This document shows positions 17,710 to 27,075 of a DNA stretch of 53,713 bases, one piece after another (position 1 is the first letter of the stretch; each line of letters opens with the position of its first letter). The stretch is from a virus (taxonomy: Duplodnaviria > Caudoviricetes). The translations under genes were made by a program, and so were the position numbers. A model generated the notes under the pieces. The model was given only the letters and a program-made list of their open reading frames with translations, was not told the origin of the DNA and did not search any database. The DNA lies in IMG/VR virus record IMGVR_UViG_3300038393_000835, positions 1 to 53,713 of that record. One strand, written 5' to 3'.

Positions 17710-18228
17710 ATGGCAATTGATCCAAACCAACTCGCACAAATGCAACAACAACTAGCCCAACAATACCAAGGACCACAAGTAAACCCAAACCCACAATTAC
17801 AACAAGTCATTGAGCAAAGCATCCTAGGCGTTATTAACCTAATGAACCAAACAACCCAGGACCCGAACTTAAATAAAGACATTCAAGCAAAGACGGTACT
17901 ATCCCTAGCTCAGGCGATCAAAACCCTACGAGAAGCCGACATTGAAGGTTCTCTCCAGTTCGAAAAAGCCCGCCTCGAGATGGACCGGCAGAAACATGAG
18001 ATGACACTCCAACAGCAACAACAGTCTCACGAACAGGATTTACAGATGAAACAAGTGGATTTACAGCATAAATCTAATGAGAGTCAAATGAACTTAGCGA
18101 TGAAAGCAAGAGAGATGGAAATGAAGGGTATAGAGAATCAACAAAAATTATCACACCAACATGAGATGAATCAAATCAAAGCCAGCCAACAGAAGTCCAA
18201 ACCTTCTAGCCCTAGTTCAGAAAACTAA
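17710..18228 (+). CDS. Gln-rich coiled-coil hypothetical protein
   Basis: AAAGGAGG RBS; Q-rich composition. Confidence 0.7.
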   Translation: MAIDPNQLAQMQQQLAQQYQGPQVNPNPQLQQVIEQSILGVINLMNQTTQDPNLNKDIQAKTVLSLAQAIKTLREADIEGSLQFEKARLEMDRQKHEMTLQQQQQSHEQDLQMKQVDLQHKSNESQMNLAMKAREMEMKGIENQQKLSHQHEMNQIKASQQKSKPSSPSSEN

Positions 18229-18259
18229 TCAGTTAATATAGCAAGTCAGGAGGAAACCT

Positions 18260-18991
18260 ATGGCAAAGAGACGAGAAAAAGTAGCCGAAAATAAACGACA
18301 GGAAAATGATTTTATTCAAAATCCTTTTCTAACTACACTTCCTTATAACCCTGACGAATACCAAAAACGATACATGTCTAACATACAGAAATTTACTTTT
18401 ACAGGAGTAGATGCGGAATCAGGAACAGGTAAAACTACTCTAGCTGTTTATCAAGGTTTTGAACATCTTCGAAAAGGTCTAGTTGATAAATTGGTCTACA
18501 TGCGATTTGTGGATGAGCGGTATCTAAAGAACGGATTCCTTCCAGGAGATCTGGAGGAAAAAGAACGGTTGCTGTTCTATCCTTTCTTTGATGCTCTTGA
18601 AGAATTGGGGATTCCTTATAAACGATTCAAGTTCCTTAAAGATCAAGGAATTATTGAACTAAAAACAGACACTACGGAAAGAGGACGCAATCGAAAGGGA
18701 ACATTCCTTATTGTGGATGAATCTCAAAATGCGAAACAGTTCTCCGATCTTCAGTTAGTGTTTACTCGTTTGCATGATGAAAGAGGAAAATCGGTAATGA
18801 TCGGTCATTCAGGGCAGTTAGACAACCGAAACCCTGAACGTACTCCGAGACAGCGATTAATTCCTTTTCAGGCGTATATGATTCACATGCTGAAGAAACC
18901 ATTTAGCACCCAATCTTTCCTAGTTAATAACTACCGTGGTGAATTTAGCAGACATGCAGATAGAATTATGGAAACGGTGAATGAACTATGA
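18260..18991 (+). CDS. phoH: PhoH-family ATPase
   Basis: SGTGKT, GFLPGDLEEK, RGRN, IVDESQN, GHSGQLD. Confidence 0.9.
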   Translation: MAKRREKVAENKRQENDFIQNPFLTTLPYNPDEYQKRYMSNIQKFTFTGVDAESGTGKTTLAVYQGFEHLRKGLVDKLVYMRFVDERYLKNGFLPGDLEEKERLLFYPFFDALEELGIPYKRFKFLKDQGIIELKTDTTERGRNRKGTFLIVDESQNAKQFSDLQLVFTRLHDERGKSVMIGHSGQLDNRNPERTPRQRLIPFQAYMIHMLKKPFSTQSFLVNNYRGEFSRHADRIMETVNEL

Positions 18992-20523
18992 GTTTTGAAT
19001 GCCAAGGCTGCTATAACGGCACAATGCAAGAACCTGAAGATAAACACCCGTCCTATCTAATATGCCCTAGTTGCGGAGCTATAGAATTGACTTATGTTCC
19101 GCAACCTCACCAAGAAGAGTTTCACGCAACTCCATATACTGTAGCTGAAGACGGATCTATAAAGCCTCAGTTAATTGGAATATTTGGTGGGTACGGTTCA
19201 TCAAAATCGAGAGCGTCTTTGCAGGAAGTTTTTCTGAGAGCATTAGAAAATCCGAATGGAACAGGTTTATTATCGGCACAGACATTACAGCAATTGAAAA
19301 GAACAACAATAAAAACGTTGCTGGGAGAAGTAATCCCTCCCCCATTAATTGAGTCTTATAATAAATCAGATGGGGAAATAAAACTCATCAATGGATTCAC
19401 TTTCTACACAATTCCGGTTGATGATGAAGAGAAAATTCGTTCAATCAATATGGGTATATGCCATCTTGAAGAAGCAAGCGGAATCAAGGAGTCTATTTAT
19501 ACGCAGCTACTTACCCGTATGAGGGACCCTTTCGTAAAGAATAAAGCCATATTTGTGTGTTCTAACCCATCACTAGGATGGATTAAAGAAATTTTCGTAG
19601 ACAACGAAAAACGAAAAGATCCAAGGCATCCAGAACATGGAGAGTATAACCCATTTATCACAACATATATCTGGAAAACGAAGTTAAATAAATATCTTCC
19701 TCCAGATTTTTATGAAATTACAAGTAAAGGTCGACCTCAATGGTGGATAGATAGATTCTTAAATGGTTCGTTCGAACACAGTGATGGTCAAGTTTACCCC
19801 ACTTTTAATAGGTGTATTGTAGATCCTTACCCTGTTGTAGAAGGAAAAACAGATCGTTTCGGAATTCCTTTAAGTTGGGAAAGAGTAATCGGAATGGATC
19901 ACGGCTTGAGAAATCCGACTGCGGTTACTTTTGGAGCAATTGATCCAGAAAAGGGAAAAGTAGTTATTTATAATGAATACTACAAACCAAACACACTAGT
20001 TCCTGAACATGCTAAAAATCTAAAGCCTTTATTAGAAGAAATACCGATAGGCAGACTACGTTTCATGGTAGCAGATCCGAGTATAAGAAATAAAACAGAC
20101 CCAGTGAACGGAAAAAGTGTACAAGGTCTTTATCAAGAGTACGGGATATTCTTTACTGAAGGGAACAACTCCATAGAAACAGGGATTTTAAAGGTAAATT
20201 CATACGTTGAAAGGGGAAAATTAGAGGTTTATTCTACTTGTGTAAATACAGTAAGAGAACATCTAAATTACAAATTCCCTGAAATAACAATTGACGATGA
20301 TAAAAACCCTGACGAAAAACCTATGAAGGTAAACGAACACTCATGCGATGCGACACGCTACATGATGATGAAATTACCCGATGATCCCGAATTACTCAAA
20401 GCAGGAGCCTACGAAACACCCAAATACACCCGTTCTAGTTTCCGTAAAGAAGAAAACGAATGGCATTGGTCCGATGATATGGAAGAAAGACATAAAGAAG
20501 GAGACTGGATGAGCTATGTTTGA
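18988..20523 (+). CDS. Terminase large subunit with N-terminal Zn ribbon
   Basis: GGYGSSKS, HLEEA, SNP, GMDHG, HSCDATRY; CQGC...CPSC at the N-terminus. Confidence 0.93.
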   Translation: MSFECQGCYNGTMQEPEDKHPSYLICPSCGAIELTYVPQPHQEEFHATPYTVAEDGSIKPQLIGIFGGYGSSKSRASLQEVFLRALENPNGTGLLSAQTLQQLKRTTIKTLLGEVIPPPLIESYNKSDGEIKLINGFTFYTIPVDDEEKIRSINMGICHLEEASGIKESIYTQLLTRMRDPFVKNKAIFVCSNPSLGWIKEIFVDNEKRKDPRHPEHGEYNPFITTYIWKTKLNKYLPPDFYEITSKGRPQWWIDRFLNGSFEHSDGQVYPTFNRCIVDPYPVVEGKTDRFGIPLSWERVIGMDHGLRNPTAVTFGAIDPEKGKVVIYNEYYKPNTLVPEHAKNLKPLLEEIPIGRLRFMVADPSIRNKTDPVNGKSVQGLYQEYGIFFTEGNNSIETGILKVNSYVERGKLEVYSTCVNTVREHLNYKFPEITIDDDKNPDEKPMKVNEHSCDATRYMMMKLPDDPELLKAGAYETPKYTRSSFRKEENEWHWSDDMEERHKEGDWMSYV

Positions 20524-20623
20524 GTTTTGGAATCTATATTTGCATGATGCAGGATTTTTCTCTCTCATAACTTTTTGTACATGTTTCTTAGTAGCGATGC
20601 TTTGGAGTCTTAAAAGAATGTAA
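20516..20623 (+). CDS. Small hydrophobic peptide, 35 aa; not in ORF track
   Basis: MFEFWNLYLHDAGFFSLITFCTCFLVAMLWSLKRM fills the gap after terL. Confidence 0.4.
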   Translation: MFEFWNLYLHDAGFFSLITFCTCFLVAMLWSLKRM

Positions 20624-20634
20624 TAGGAGGAGTA

Positions 20635-21051
20635 ATGACAAAAGAACACGATCAGATTAGACGATTAATAGAACTAGCCCACTACGAAGATCACCCAGAT
20701 CGTAAAGAATCTGAGGCGTTTCGAGACATTAAACGACACTACCATGAAATCGACGCACCGTGTTTCATTGACAACAAATATTGTTCACCAGGAATCGAGA
20801 TCCATCACAGTATTATAGAGTGGTCGGCTTGGACTTCTATTGAAAAATCCAAAGTCGATTTCCATGATCCCGATACCCTTATCAATACTATGCCCTTATG
20901 TAGGGTTCATCATACATCCAAGGGGTACGGAATTCACAGTATTACCTATCCAATCTGGATACTACAGAAATATATGAATGAAGAAGCATTGGACGATTTC
21001 CACAATGCTGTAGAGAAAATGTTACAGGAGGAGAAACATGGCAACGCCTAA
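20635..21051 (+). CDS. HNH-like (His/Cys) protein
   Basis: C..C..IEIHH...NTMPLCRVHH...GIH. Confidence 0.55.
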   Translation: MTKEHDQIRRLIELAHYEDHPDRKESEAFRDIKRHYHEIDAPCFIDNKYCSPGIEIHHSIIEWSAWTSIEKSKVDFHDPDTLINTMPLCRVHHTSKGYGIHSITYPIWILQKYMNEEALDDFHNAVEKMLQEEKHGNA

Positions 21052-21334
21052 AAAGAAATATCCATACGCTATTTATTACAAAGATGGCTCCTATATGATT
21101 TACGATTTGACAACCGACGACTACGCCACCCTAGTTCAAAGTATGATTGATGAAGCCCATGCGGTTGTAACTTCTGTCGGACTCCTAGTTCTTGAGGACA
21201 TTCGATCCATCATTGAACAGAAACCGGAACCAAAGGTCAAGAAGGTCAAAGAAGAAAAGCCAGCGTACCCGGATCTAGATGCAGAAAGCGTAGAATGGCT
21301 CAATGAGTTTATGAAACAGGAGGGGATGAACTAA
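21038..21334 (+). CDS. Hypothetical protein
   Basis: AGGAGG RBS; TAATG coupling to the portal gene. Confidence 0.7.
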   Translation: MATPKKKYPYAIYYKDGSYMIYDLTTDDYATLVQSMIDEAHAVVTSVGLLVLEDIRSIIEQKPEPKVKKVKEEKPAYPDLDAESVEWLNEFMKQEGMN

Positions 21335-23253
21335 TGGCTGAGAAAGAACAACCCAAATTAACACCCGCACAGGAACAAAAACTGATTCAAAAATACTACC
21401 AACGATTCCGCAAATCCTCTAGTTCTACTACTGAAAAGCGTAAGCTTTGGCAGACCTTAGATGTATTTGACCGTGGGGATCAATGGAAGAATCAAGCGAT
21501 CCCACCATGGGTTCCAAAGCCAGTAACCAACCGTATCCGATATGTACGTACCTTAAAGCGGGCCAATCTCGCTAGTTCGATTCCGAAAGCTAACTTCTCT
21601 CCTGAGTATCAGGAAGATGCTGCTTACATCTCTAGATTGCAAAAGGCGTATGACCATGTATGGGAAAAGAAGAAAGTTCCCCGTGTAGTTCGTCGTAGTA
21701 TTGACCGAGCATTACTCCAGGGTACAGCGATTGCTTACGTTTACTCAGAGGATGATGTTTACGGAAAGTACTATGGAGAGAACGATTTGCGTAATCGTCT
21801 ATTCCAGGGAGACATTTGCGTAAAACGTATCCCAGTGGCGAACTTCTTCCCAGATTCAGATGCGTATCGTCTAGAGGAATGTAAGTATGTGGAAGTAACA
21901 GAAATCCTCTCCGTTAATCAAATCAAGGAAAATCCTGAGTTTCAAAAGTATGCGGGTAAGAAACTACAGGAGCTAAAGATCGCAGGACCGGGGCAAGATC
22001 AAGACGAATCCGGGGCGATTTACGGGCGTGAAGCGACTCCTTTGAATAACGGAATGAACGTTCAAGGGGATGAAATGGTTACTCTTCATACGCATTGGGA
22101 CCGTGAATTTAAAGGCGGTAAATGGATTTATAACTGTACGTATTATCTAAAAGAAGCCGACTTTATTCTTCTTCGATTGAAAGATATCAAGCCAGCAGAA
22201 TTCCCATTCGCCGTTCTTTACGATGAAGAAGAGGAAGCCGAATTCTTTGGATCTTCAACGGCTATGGATATTCTGGAGAATCAAAAGATCATCAATAAGC
22301 TGGACCAGACTGCATCCATCCTAGGTGTGTTGCATCAAAACCCGCAAAAGGTTGTCTTGCGTGAGTCTGGTATCAATGCTCAGGAACTAGCAAGAACAGG
22401 GACCCTTCCAGGTAAAGTTTGGACAAGTAACGTGGATGCAAGCAAAGCCATCTCTGTAGTTCAACCGATGGATATTCCGAAGTCTTTGTTTGAATTGAAG
22501 GACAGAAAAGAAAATGACATTAAAGAAGCTGTCGGAGTTAATGAAGCGTATACCGGACAGTCAGTGGGATCACTTACCACTTCTACAGGTGTAGATTCCT
22601 TAATTGAACGTGCTACGATCCGTGACAAGGATAAGATGATACAGATTGACGAGTTCGTAGAACGAATCTCACATCTGATTGTTACCTTTATTCTTTACAA
22701 ATGGCAGGATAAAAGACCGATCACGACTACAGGGCCGAACGGTCAACCGCAATATGGAGAGTACGAACCGATATCCGGGGATATTGCGGAACAGTTGGAA
22801 TGGCGTGTGAAGTCCGATGTATATGCAAAGGCTCCGGTTACTCAGGCAACCAAGCGTCAACAGGCCGATCAATTATTACAATTACAAGGTCAATTTCAAT
22901 TTGATCCGCCTGTAATAACAGTGCAGGAATGGATTAAGTTTCAAGACTTCGATACTAAAGAAGAAATTTTATACCGTATGCAACAAGATCAACAGAAAAA
23001 GGATGCTCAAGAAGCTCAGAATTTAGCAGATCAAATGGCACAGATAGCAGATCGAATATCACAAATGAGAGCAGAAGGTATAAATGAAAATGATATTCGC
23101 CAAGCTGCTATTCAGTTATCCAGTGAATTATTAATGAAAGAGCAACAAAATGATATGAAAAATGGCGGACAACCGACAATGGCAAATCAACCTACAGCTC
23201 CGAAAGGTAGTGCGAATGCTGTTGCTATGAGTAACATGACACGTGGCGTTTAA
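21334..23253 (+). CDS. Portal protein (podovirus/P22-like)
   Basis: 639 aa between terL and scaffold; GDQW N-terminal motif, Q-rich C-terminal coiled coil. Confidence 0.85.
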   Translation: MAEKEQPKLTPAQEQKLIQKYYQRFRKSSSSTTEKRKLWQTLDVFDRGDQWKNQAIPPWVPKPVTNRIRYVRTLKRANLASSIPKANFSPEYQEDAAYISRLQKAYDHVWEKKKVPRVVRRSIDRALLQGTAIAYVYSEDDVYGKYYGENDLRNRLFQGDICVKRIPVANFFPDSDAYRLEECKYVEVTEILSVNQIKENPEFQKYAGKKLQELKIAGPGQDQDESGAIYGREATPLNNGMNVQGDEMVTLHTHWDREFKGGKWIYNCTYYLKEADFILLRLKDIKPAEFPFAVLYDEEEEAEFFGSSTAMDILENQKIINKLDQTASILGVLHQNPQKVVLRESGINAQELARTGTLPGKVWTSNVDASKAISVVQPMDIPKSLFELKDRKENDIKEAVGVNEAYTGQSVGSLTTSTGVDSLIERATIRDKDKMIQIDEFVERISHLIVTFILYKWQDKRPITTTGPNGQPQYGEYEPISGDIAEQLEWRVKSDVYAKAPVTQATKRQQADQLLQLQGQFQFDPPVITVQEWIKFQDFDTKEEILYRMQQDQQKKDAQEAQNLADQMAQIADRISQMRAEGINENDIRQAAIQLSSELLMKEQQNDMKNGGQPTMANQPTAPKGSANAVAMSNMTRGV

Positions 23254-23265
23254 TATGGTATAATT

Positions 23266-23350
23266 AAGTAAGGCTAGGGTCGCTCCCGAAAAGAAGAATC
23301 CCACTTCCTGCCTTACTTTTATTTTTGGGAAAATACTTCGGGAGGTATTT
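23266..23350 (+). ncRNA. Structured leader or antisense-like RNA upstream of an HNH gene
   Basis: Stem AAGTAAGGC/GCCTTACTT; enclosed CTCCCGAA and TCCCA are complementary to downstream TTCGGGAG (RBS) and TGGGA; preceded by TG-N-TATAAT. Confidence 0.55.
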
Positions 23351-23353
23351 AAT

Positions 23354-23866
23354 ATGAAAAATAATTATGAAGTTCGTGGAGATGTCACTTGTATTTATGT
23401 GAATGGAAAAGGCGTAACGCACGAATGTATAATCAGTACCAGTGATTTAGAGAAAGCAAAAGAATTCCCTAATACTTGGTACGCTAGTTATCATCCAAAC
23501 ACAGATTCATTTTATGTTCACGGACATTTGTATAAGCCGAAGCAAATAAAAATACAATTACACAGATTTATAATAGATGTTCCTATAGGCATTCATATAG
23601 ATCACGCAAATCACGATACGCTAGATAATACTCGAAGTAATTTGAGATTAGCTGCTCATAAAGAAAATATGCAGAATAGAAGAGCTATTAGAAATACAGT
23701 AAGTGGTGTAAGAAATGTTTCCTGGTGCAAACCTAGAAACAAGTGGCAAGTAATAATGGCCGTAAACGGTAAACAAAGACACTTTGGATATTTCATAGAT
23801 CTAAAAGAAGCTGAAATTTTTGCAACTAATTTAAGAAGAAAGCATATGCCTTTTTCACAAATTTAG
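23354..23866 (+). CDS. HNH-AP2 homing endonuclease (paralog of 6688..7197)
   Basis: IDHANHDTLDNTRSNLR; N-terminus MKNNYEVRGDVT closely matches the 7197 ORF. Confidence 0.9.
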   Translation: MKNNYEVRGDVTCIYVNGKGVTHECIISTSDLEKAKEFPNTWYASYHPNTDSFYVHGHLYKPKQIKIQLHRFIIDVPIGIHIDHANHDTLDNTRSNLRLAAHKENMQNRRAIRNTVSGVRNVSWCKPRNKWQVIMAVNGKQRHFGYFIDLKEAEIFATNLRRKHMPFSQI

Positions 23867-23877
23867 GAGGTGAAGTC

Positions 23878-24054
23878 ATGGCTAGTAAAAAGCAGCCCGA
23901 TCCAATGAAAGATGTAAAGCGTCTTTCTAAAAATGTAGATAAGTTAGAAAAAGCAAACACACCGAAATTGTCTAAGTCAGATCCAAATAAAGCAAGAGCG
24001 GATAAGTGGAATAAAGAAGTATCAAATACCTTGTCAAAGGTACGTAAGAAATAG
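23878..24054 (+). CDS. Small basic protein, 58 aa; not in ORF track
   Basis: AGGAGGTG RBS; MASKKQPDPMKDVKRLSK... Confidence 0.7.
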   Translation: MASKKQPDPMKDVKRLSKNVDKLEKANTPKLSKSDPNKARADKWNKEVSNTLSKVRKK

Positions 24055-24133
24055 TATAATACACTTAATCGTAAATTCTTTCCGTTATCACTCCCTAGGT
24101 GTAATGGAATTAACCCCTAACTAATGCCTAAAG

Positions 24134-24556
24134 TTAGGGGTTCTTTATTTCATACAGAACTAAATTGACTACCCGATCTGGGTTTTCATTAATTTCCTTA
24201 TCTGTAAACCTCAATGTTTTCCATCCCTTACTAGCGAGAAAAGCATCCCTACGTTTATCCTTCGCTACCGCTTCCGGTGAACTATGCCATATCAACCCAT
24301 CGCATTCCACCGCAATTCCATACTTAGGCAAAGCCAAGTCAATCGAATATCTGCCGATCTTTAGCTGAGTAACAGGAACGATTCCCCGGCCCACTAATCC
24401 ATCAAATACCTTTCGCTCAATAGAGCTTTGGCAATACTGTCGATAATACTGAGCCTGCTGCTGAATATCTACATTATCCCTAGTTCGTATGAACGTCATA
24501 ATTCCGCTAATTATAATCAATCCAAATAAGATCCAAAATTCAAACTGATCGAGCAT
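24134..24556 (-). CDS. Membrane-anchored DUF559/Vsr-like PD-(D/E)XK endonuclease
   Basis: N-terminal hydrophobic helix; SSIE, YSIDLA, IAVECDG..WH, DKRRDAFL...GW..LRF; antisense to the head operon. Confidence 0.85.
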   Translation of the reverse strand: MLDQFEFWILFGLIIISGIMTFIRTRDNVDIQQQAQYYRQYCQSSIERKVFDGLVGRGIVPVTQLKIGRYSIDLALPKYGIAVECDGLIWHSSPEAVAKDKRRDAFLASKGWKTLRFTDKEINENPDRVVNLVLYEIKNP

Positions 24557-24601
24557 GACACACCTCCTATCTCTAGTTTACTGCTAGTCGTTTATAAAAT
24601 A

Positions 24602-24631
24602 CATATTAACCATTTGGGCGGTATTCTATAC
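24602..24631 (-). promoter_or_regulatory. Candidate sigmaF (forespore) promoter for the DUF559 gene
   Basis: GTATA-15 nt-GGTTAATATG versus B. subtilis consensus GYATA-15-GGnnAnAHTR (one mismatch). Confidence 0.5.
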
Positions 24632-24669
24632 AATGGTTGTTTTGTAATAACTATTTTCTATTTGGTGTA

Positions 24670-24698
24670 TTTACAAATAGTGGTTCTTATAGTAATAT
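24670..24698 (+). promoter_or_regulatory. Promoter for the scaffold/capsid operon
   Basis: TTTACA-17 nt-TAATAT. Confidence 0.5.
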
Positions 24699-24796
24699 AT
24701 TAATAGAATGCTAGAGTTCGGTTAGGCAACCGCAAACAGCCTATGCAGTAAAATTTTCGCTAGGTACAGCGTAAAAATCCAAAGGAGAGTAGAAGC

Positions 24797-25648
24797 ATGA
24801 CTGATGAATTGTTCATTGAAAACGTCGATATAGATGAATACGGAGATCCGATTCAAGCTGAACCTGAGAGTTCACAATCGGAAGAACCTATAGTGGAACC
24901 AGAAGTGGAAGCAGAACCACAAACAGAAGTTGAACAAGAACAGACTGAGGTTGAACCTGAGCCTGAACCTTTAGCAGAGGAACCGAAAAAAGTTCAATCT
25001 TCTGAAGAGAATGCGAGGTTTGCTGAACAACGCAGACAACAGCAATTGCAGAAACAAATCGAAGAAGCACGTAAACAATGGGAAGCCGAATCGCCTCAAG
25101 CGAGAATTGCTAGGGCTTTACAAGAACAATACGGAATACCACCGGAGCAGATCCTTTCTCAGTTAGAAGAAGCAAGACTAGCAAGAGAAGCTGAAAGGCT
25201 TCAAGTGCCTGTTGAGTATCTGAAAAGAGCAGAACAGGAGAAGCAACAGCAAACAAGTGAGATTCAATCCCTTCGGGATGAATTGAATCGTATTCAGTTT
25301 GAATCCTGGAATAGCCGTATTGAAATGGAGAAAGCCAACTTAGCAAAGGAATACCCGATGTTGTCGTCTGATGATTTAGGACAAGCTGCTGTAGCTATGT
25401 TGCAAGAATATCAGAATCCGAACATGCCTCTTAAAGAAGTGGTGATCGCTAAACACTGGTCCAAAATCGAATCGAGTCTACGGGAACAAGCTCGTCAAGA
25501 AGCTCTAGCTCAAGTGAGTGGTCGTGCAAAAAGTCCGTTAGCACCCCAAGGAGGCAAACCTCTAGTGACAGCCACGCTAACAGACGAAGAACGTTGGGCT
25601 GCTAAATTGCTAGGTATGTCCGAGGAGGATTATCTCAAATATAAATAA
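24797..25648 (+). CDS. Capsid scaffolding protein
   Basis: Acidic N-terminus, coiled coil, C-terminal LTDEER..AK.LGMSEEDY.K motif, upstream of the capsid genes. Confidence 0.8.
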   Translation: MTDELFIENVDIDEYGDPIQAEPESSQSEEPIVEPEVEAEPQTEVEQEQTEVEPEPEPLAEEPKKVQSSEENARFAEQRRQQQLQKQIEEARKQWEAESPQARIARALQEQYGIPPEQILSQLEEARLAREAERLQVPVEYLKRAEQEKQQQTSEIQSLRDELNRIQFESWNSRIEMEKANLAKEYPMLSSDDLGQAAVAMLQEYQNPNMPLKEVVIAKHWSKIESSLREQARQEALAQVSGRAKSPLAPQGGKPLVTATLTDEERWAAKLLGMSEEDYLKYK

Positions 25649-25675
25649 TTCCAACTAAAAGAGGAGGGTTTTAAG

Positions 25676-26092
25676 ATGGCTTTTAGGTATCGTAAAAGCA
25701 TTGATGGAGATGCGATTTCTCCAGTAAAAGACTTCACCTTAGATACGACTTATGCTGTTACTGCTGCAAAAGGTGACTTGGTTCGCCTTAACGGTTCCGG
25801 TAACTTAGTATTAGCTGCTACAGGTGATACAAATGTTCTAGGCGTGTTAGAAGGGTTTAACTTTGAAGGAATTACAGCAACTAAGCCTGTAACTGGAAAA
25901 GTTCGTACTGCTCCTAACGCAATTTACGAAGCAGACAAAGTGGGTGCTGGTGCATTGACTGTTGGAACTGCTTACGGTATCGACGGTTCTAGCAACCTTG
26001 ATACTGCGGATACAACTACTTTGATCGCAAAGATCGTAGAAGTTGTTAATGGTAAGCCTTATGTCGTAATCACGGCTAGACAACTAGTCTAA
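25676..26092 (+). CDS. Capsid decoration/cement protein
   Basis: KGDLV..., Ala/Gly/Thr-rich, directly before the MCP gene. Confidence 0.65.
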   Translation: MAFRYRKSIDGDAISPVKDFTLDTTYAVTAAKGDLVRLNGSGNLVLAATGDTNVLGVLEGFNFEGITATKPVTGKVRTAPNAIYEADKVGAGALTVGTAYGIDGSSNLDTADTTTLIAKIVEVVNGKPYVVITARQLV

Positions 26093-26111
26093 TAGAGAGG
26101 GGGAATAATCA

Positions 26112-26993
26112 ATGGCAGTAATTAGCGGAAATTATGGTCGTTTACTTGAACCAGGTTTACGTAAGACTTTCTTCGAAACTTACAAGGAAAAGGCTGAACA
26201 ATACTCCAAAGTATTCAACGTTTTGACTTCTAGCAAAGCGATTGAAACAGATTTAAGAATGGGTGGATTTGGACTTTGGAATCCTAAAGGAACTTTAGAT
26301 TCTACTGAATTCCATGATCCAACTCCTACTGACACAATTCAGTACAAGCATACTACTTTCTCTCAAGGCTTCCAACTAGAGAAGGAATTAGTAGACGATG
26401 AGCAGACTAACATCATCAACAAGATGCCAAAAGCTCTAGCTCGTGCTGCACGTGCCACTATTGAAACTCAAGCTGCTTCTGTATTGAACAATGCGTTCAC
26501 TACCGCAGTATTAAAGGGTCAACCTTTGATCTCTGACACTCAAGTATTACTTGGCGGTGGAACTACTGACAACTTCGTAGGAGCTCTAGCTTTAACTGAA
26601 GCAAACCTTGAAGTAGGTATGAAACTTGCACGTGAGCAAGTAGATGAAAGAGGAATCCTTATTCAAATGGTTCCTGATACTTTAATCGTTCCACGTGGAC
26701 TTGAGTTCACGGCTGAAAAGATTAGCAAATCTGCTCAGTTACCTGGAACAAACAACAACGATATCAACCCAATGAAGGGCCGTTTCAATGTAATCGTTCT
26801 TGATTACTTGACTGACGATGGTCGTTGGTTCCTAGTTGATTCTAGCTTAAATCCGTTGAACTTCTTCTGGAGAGAACGCTTGAACTTCAAGCAAGATACT
26901 GACTTCGATACTGACGTTGCGAAGTACAAAGGCCGTATGCGTTTCTCTTATGGCGTTAGTGATTTTAGAGGCATTATAGGGGCTAAACCATAA
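26112..26993 (+). CDS. Major capsid protein (HK97 fold, Mu gpT-like)
   Basis: LLEPGLR, PDTLIVP..LE..A, YLTD...WF, RFSYG.SDFRG. Confidence 0.9.
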   Translation: MAVISGNYGRLLEPGLRKTFFETYKEKAEQYSKVFNVLTSSKAIETDLRMGGFGLWNPKGTLDSTEFHDPTPTDTIQYKHTTFSQGFQLEKELVDDEQTNIINKMPKALARAARATIETQAASVLNNAFTTAVLKGQPLISDTQVLLGGGTTDNFVGALALTEANLEVGMKLAREQVDERGILIQMVPDTLIVPRGLEFTAEKISKSAQLPGTNNNDINPMKGRFNVIVLDYLTDDGRWFLVDSSLNPLNFFWRERLNFKQDTDFDTDVAKYKGRMRFSYGVSDFRGIIGAKP

Positions 26994-27075
26994 ATTTAAT
27001 ATAACTAATTCTACCACGAATTAGATTGCAATCAAAATACCTCCTTGCTAAAATATAGTGAGGAGGTGTTTTTAA

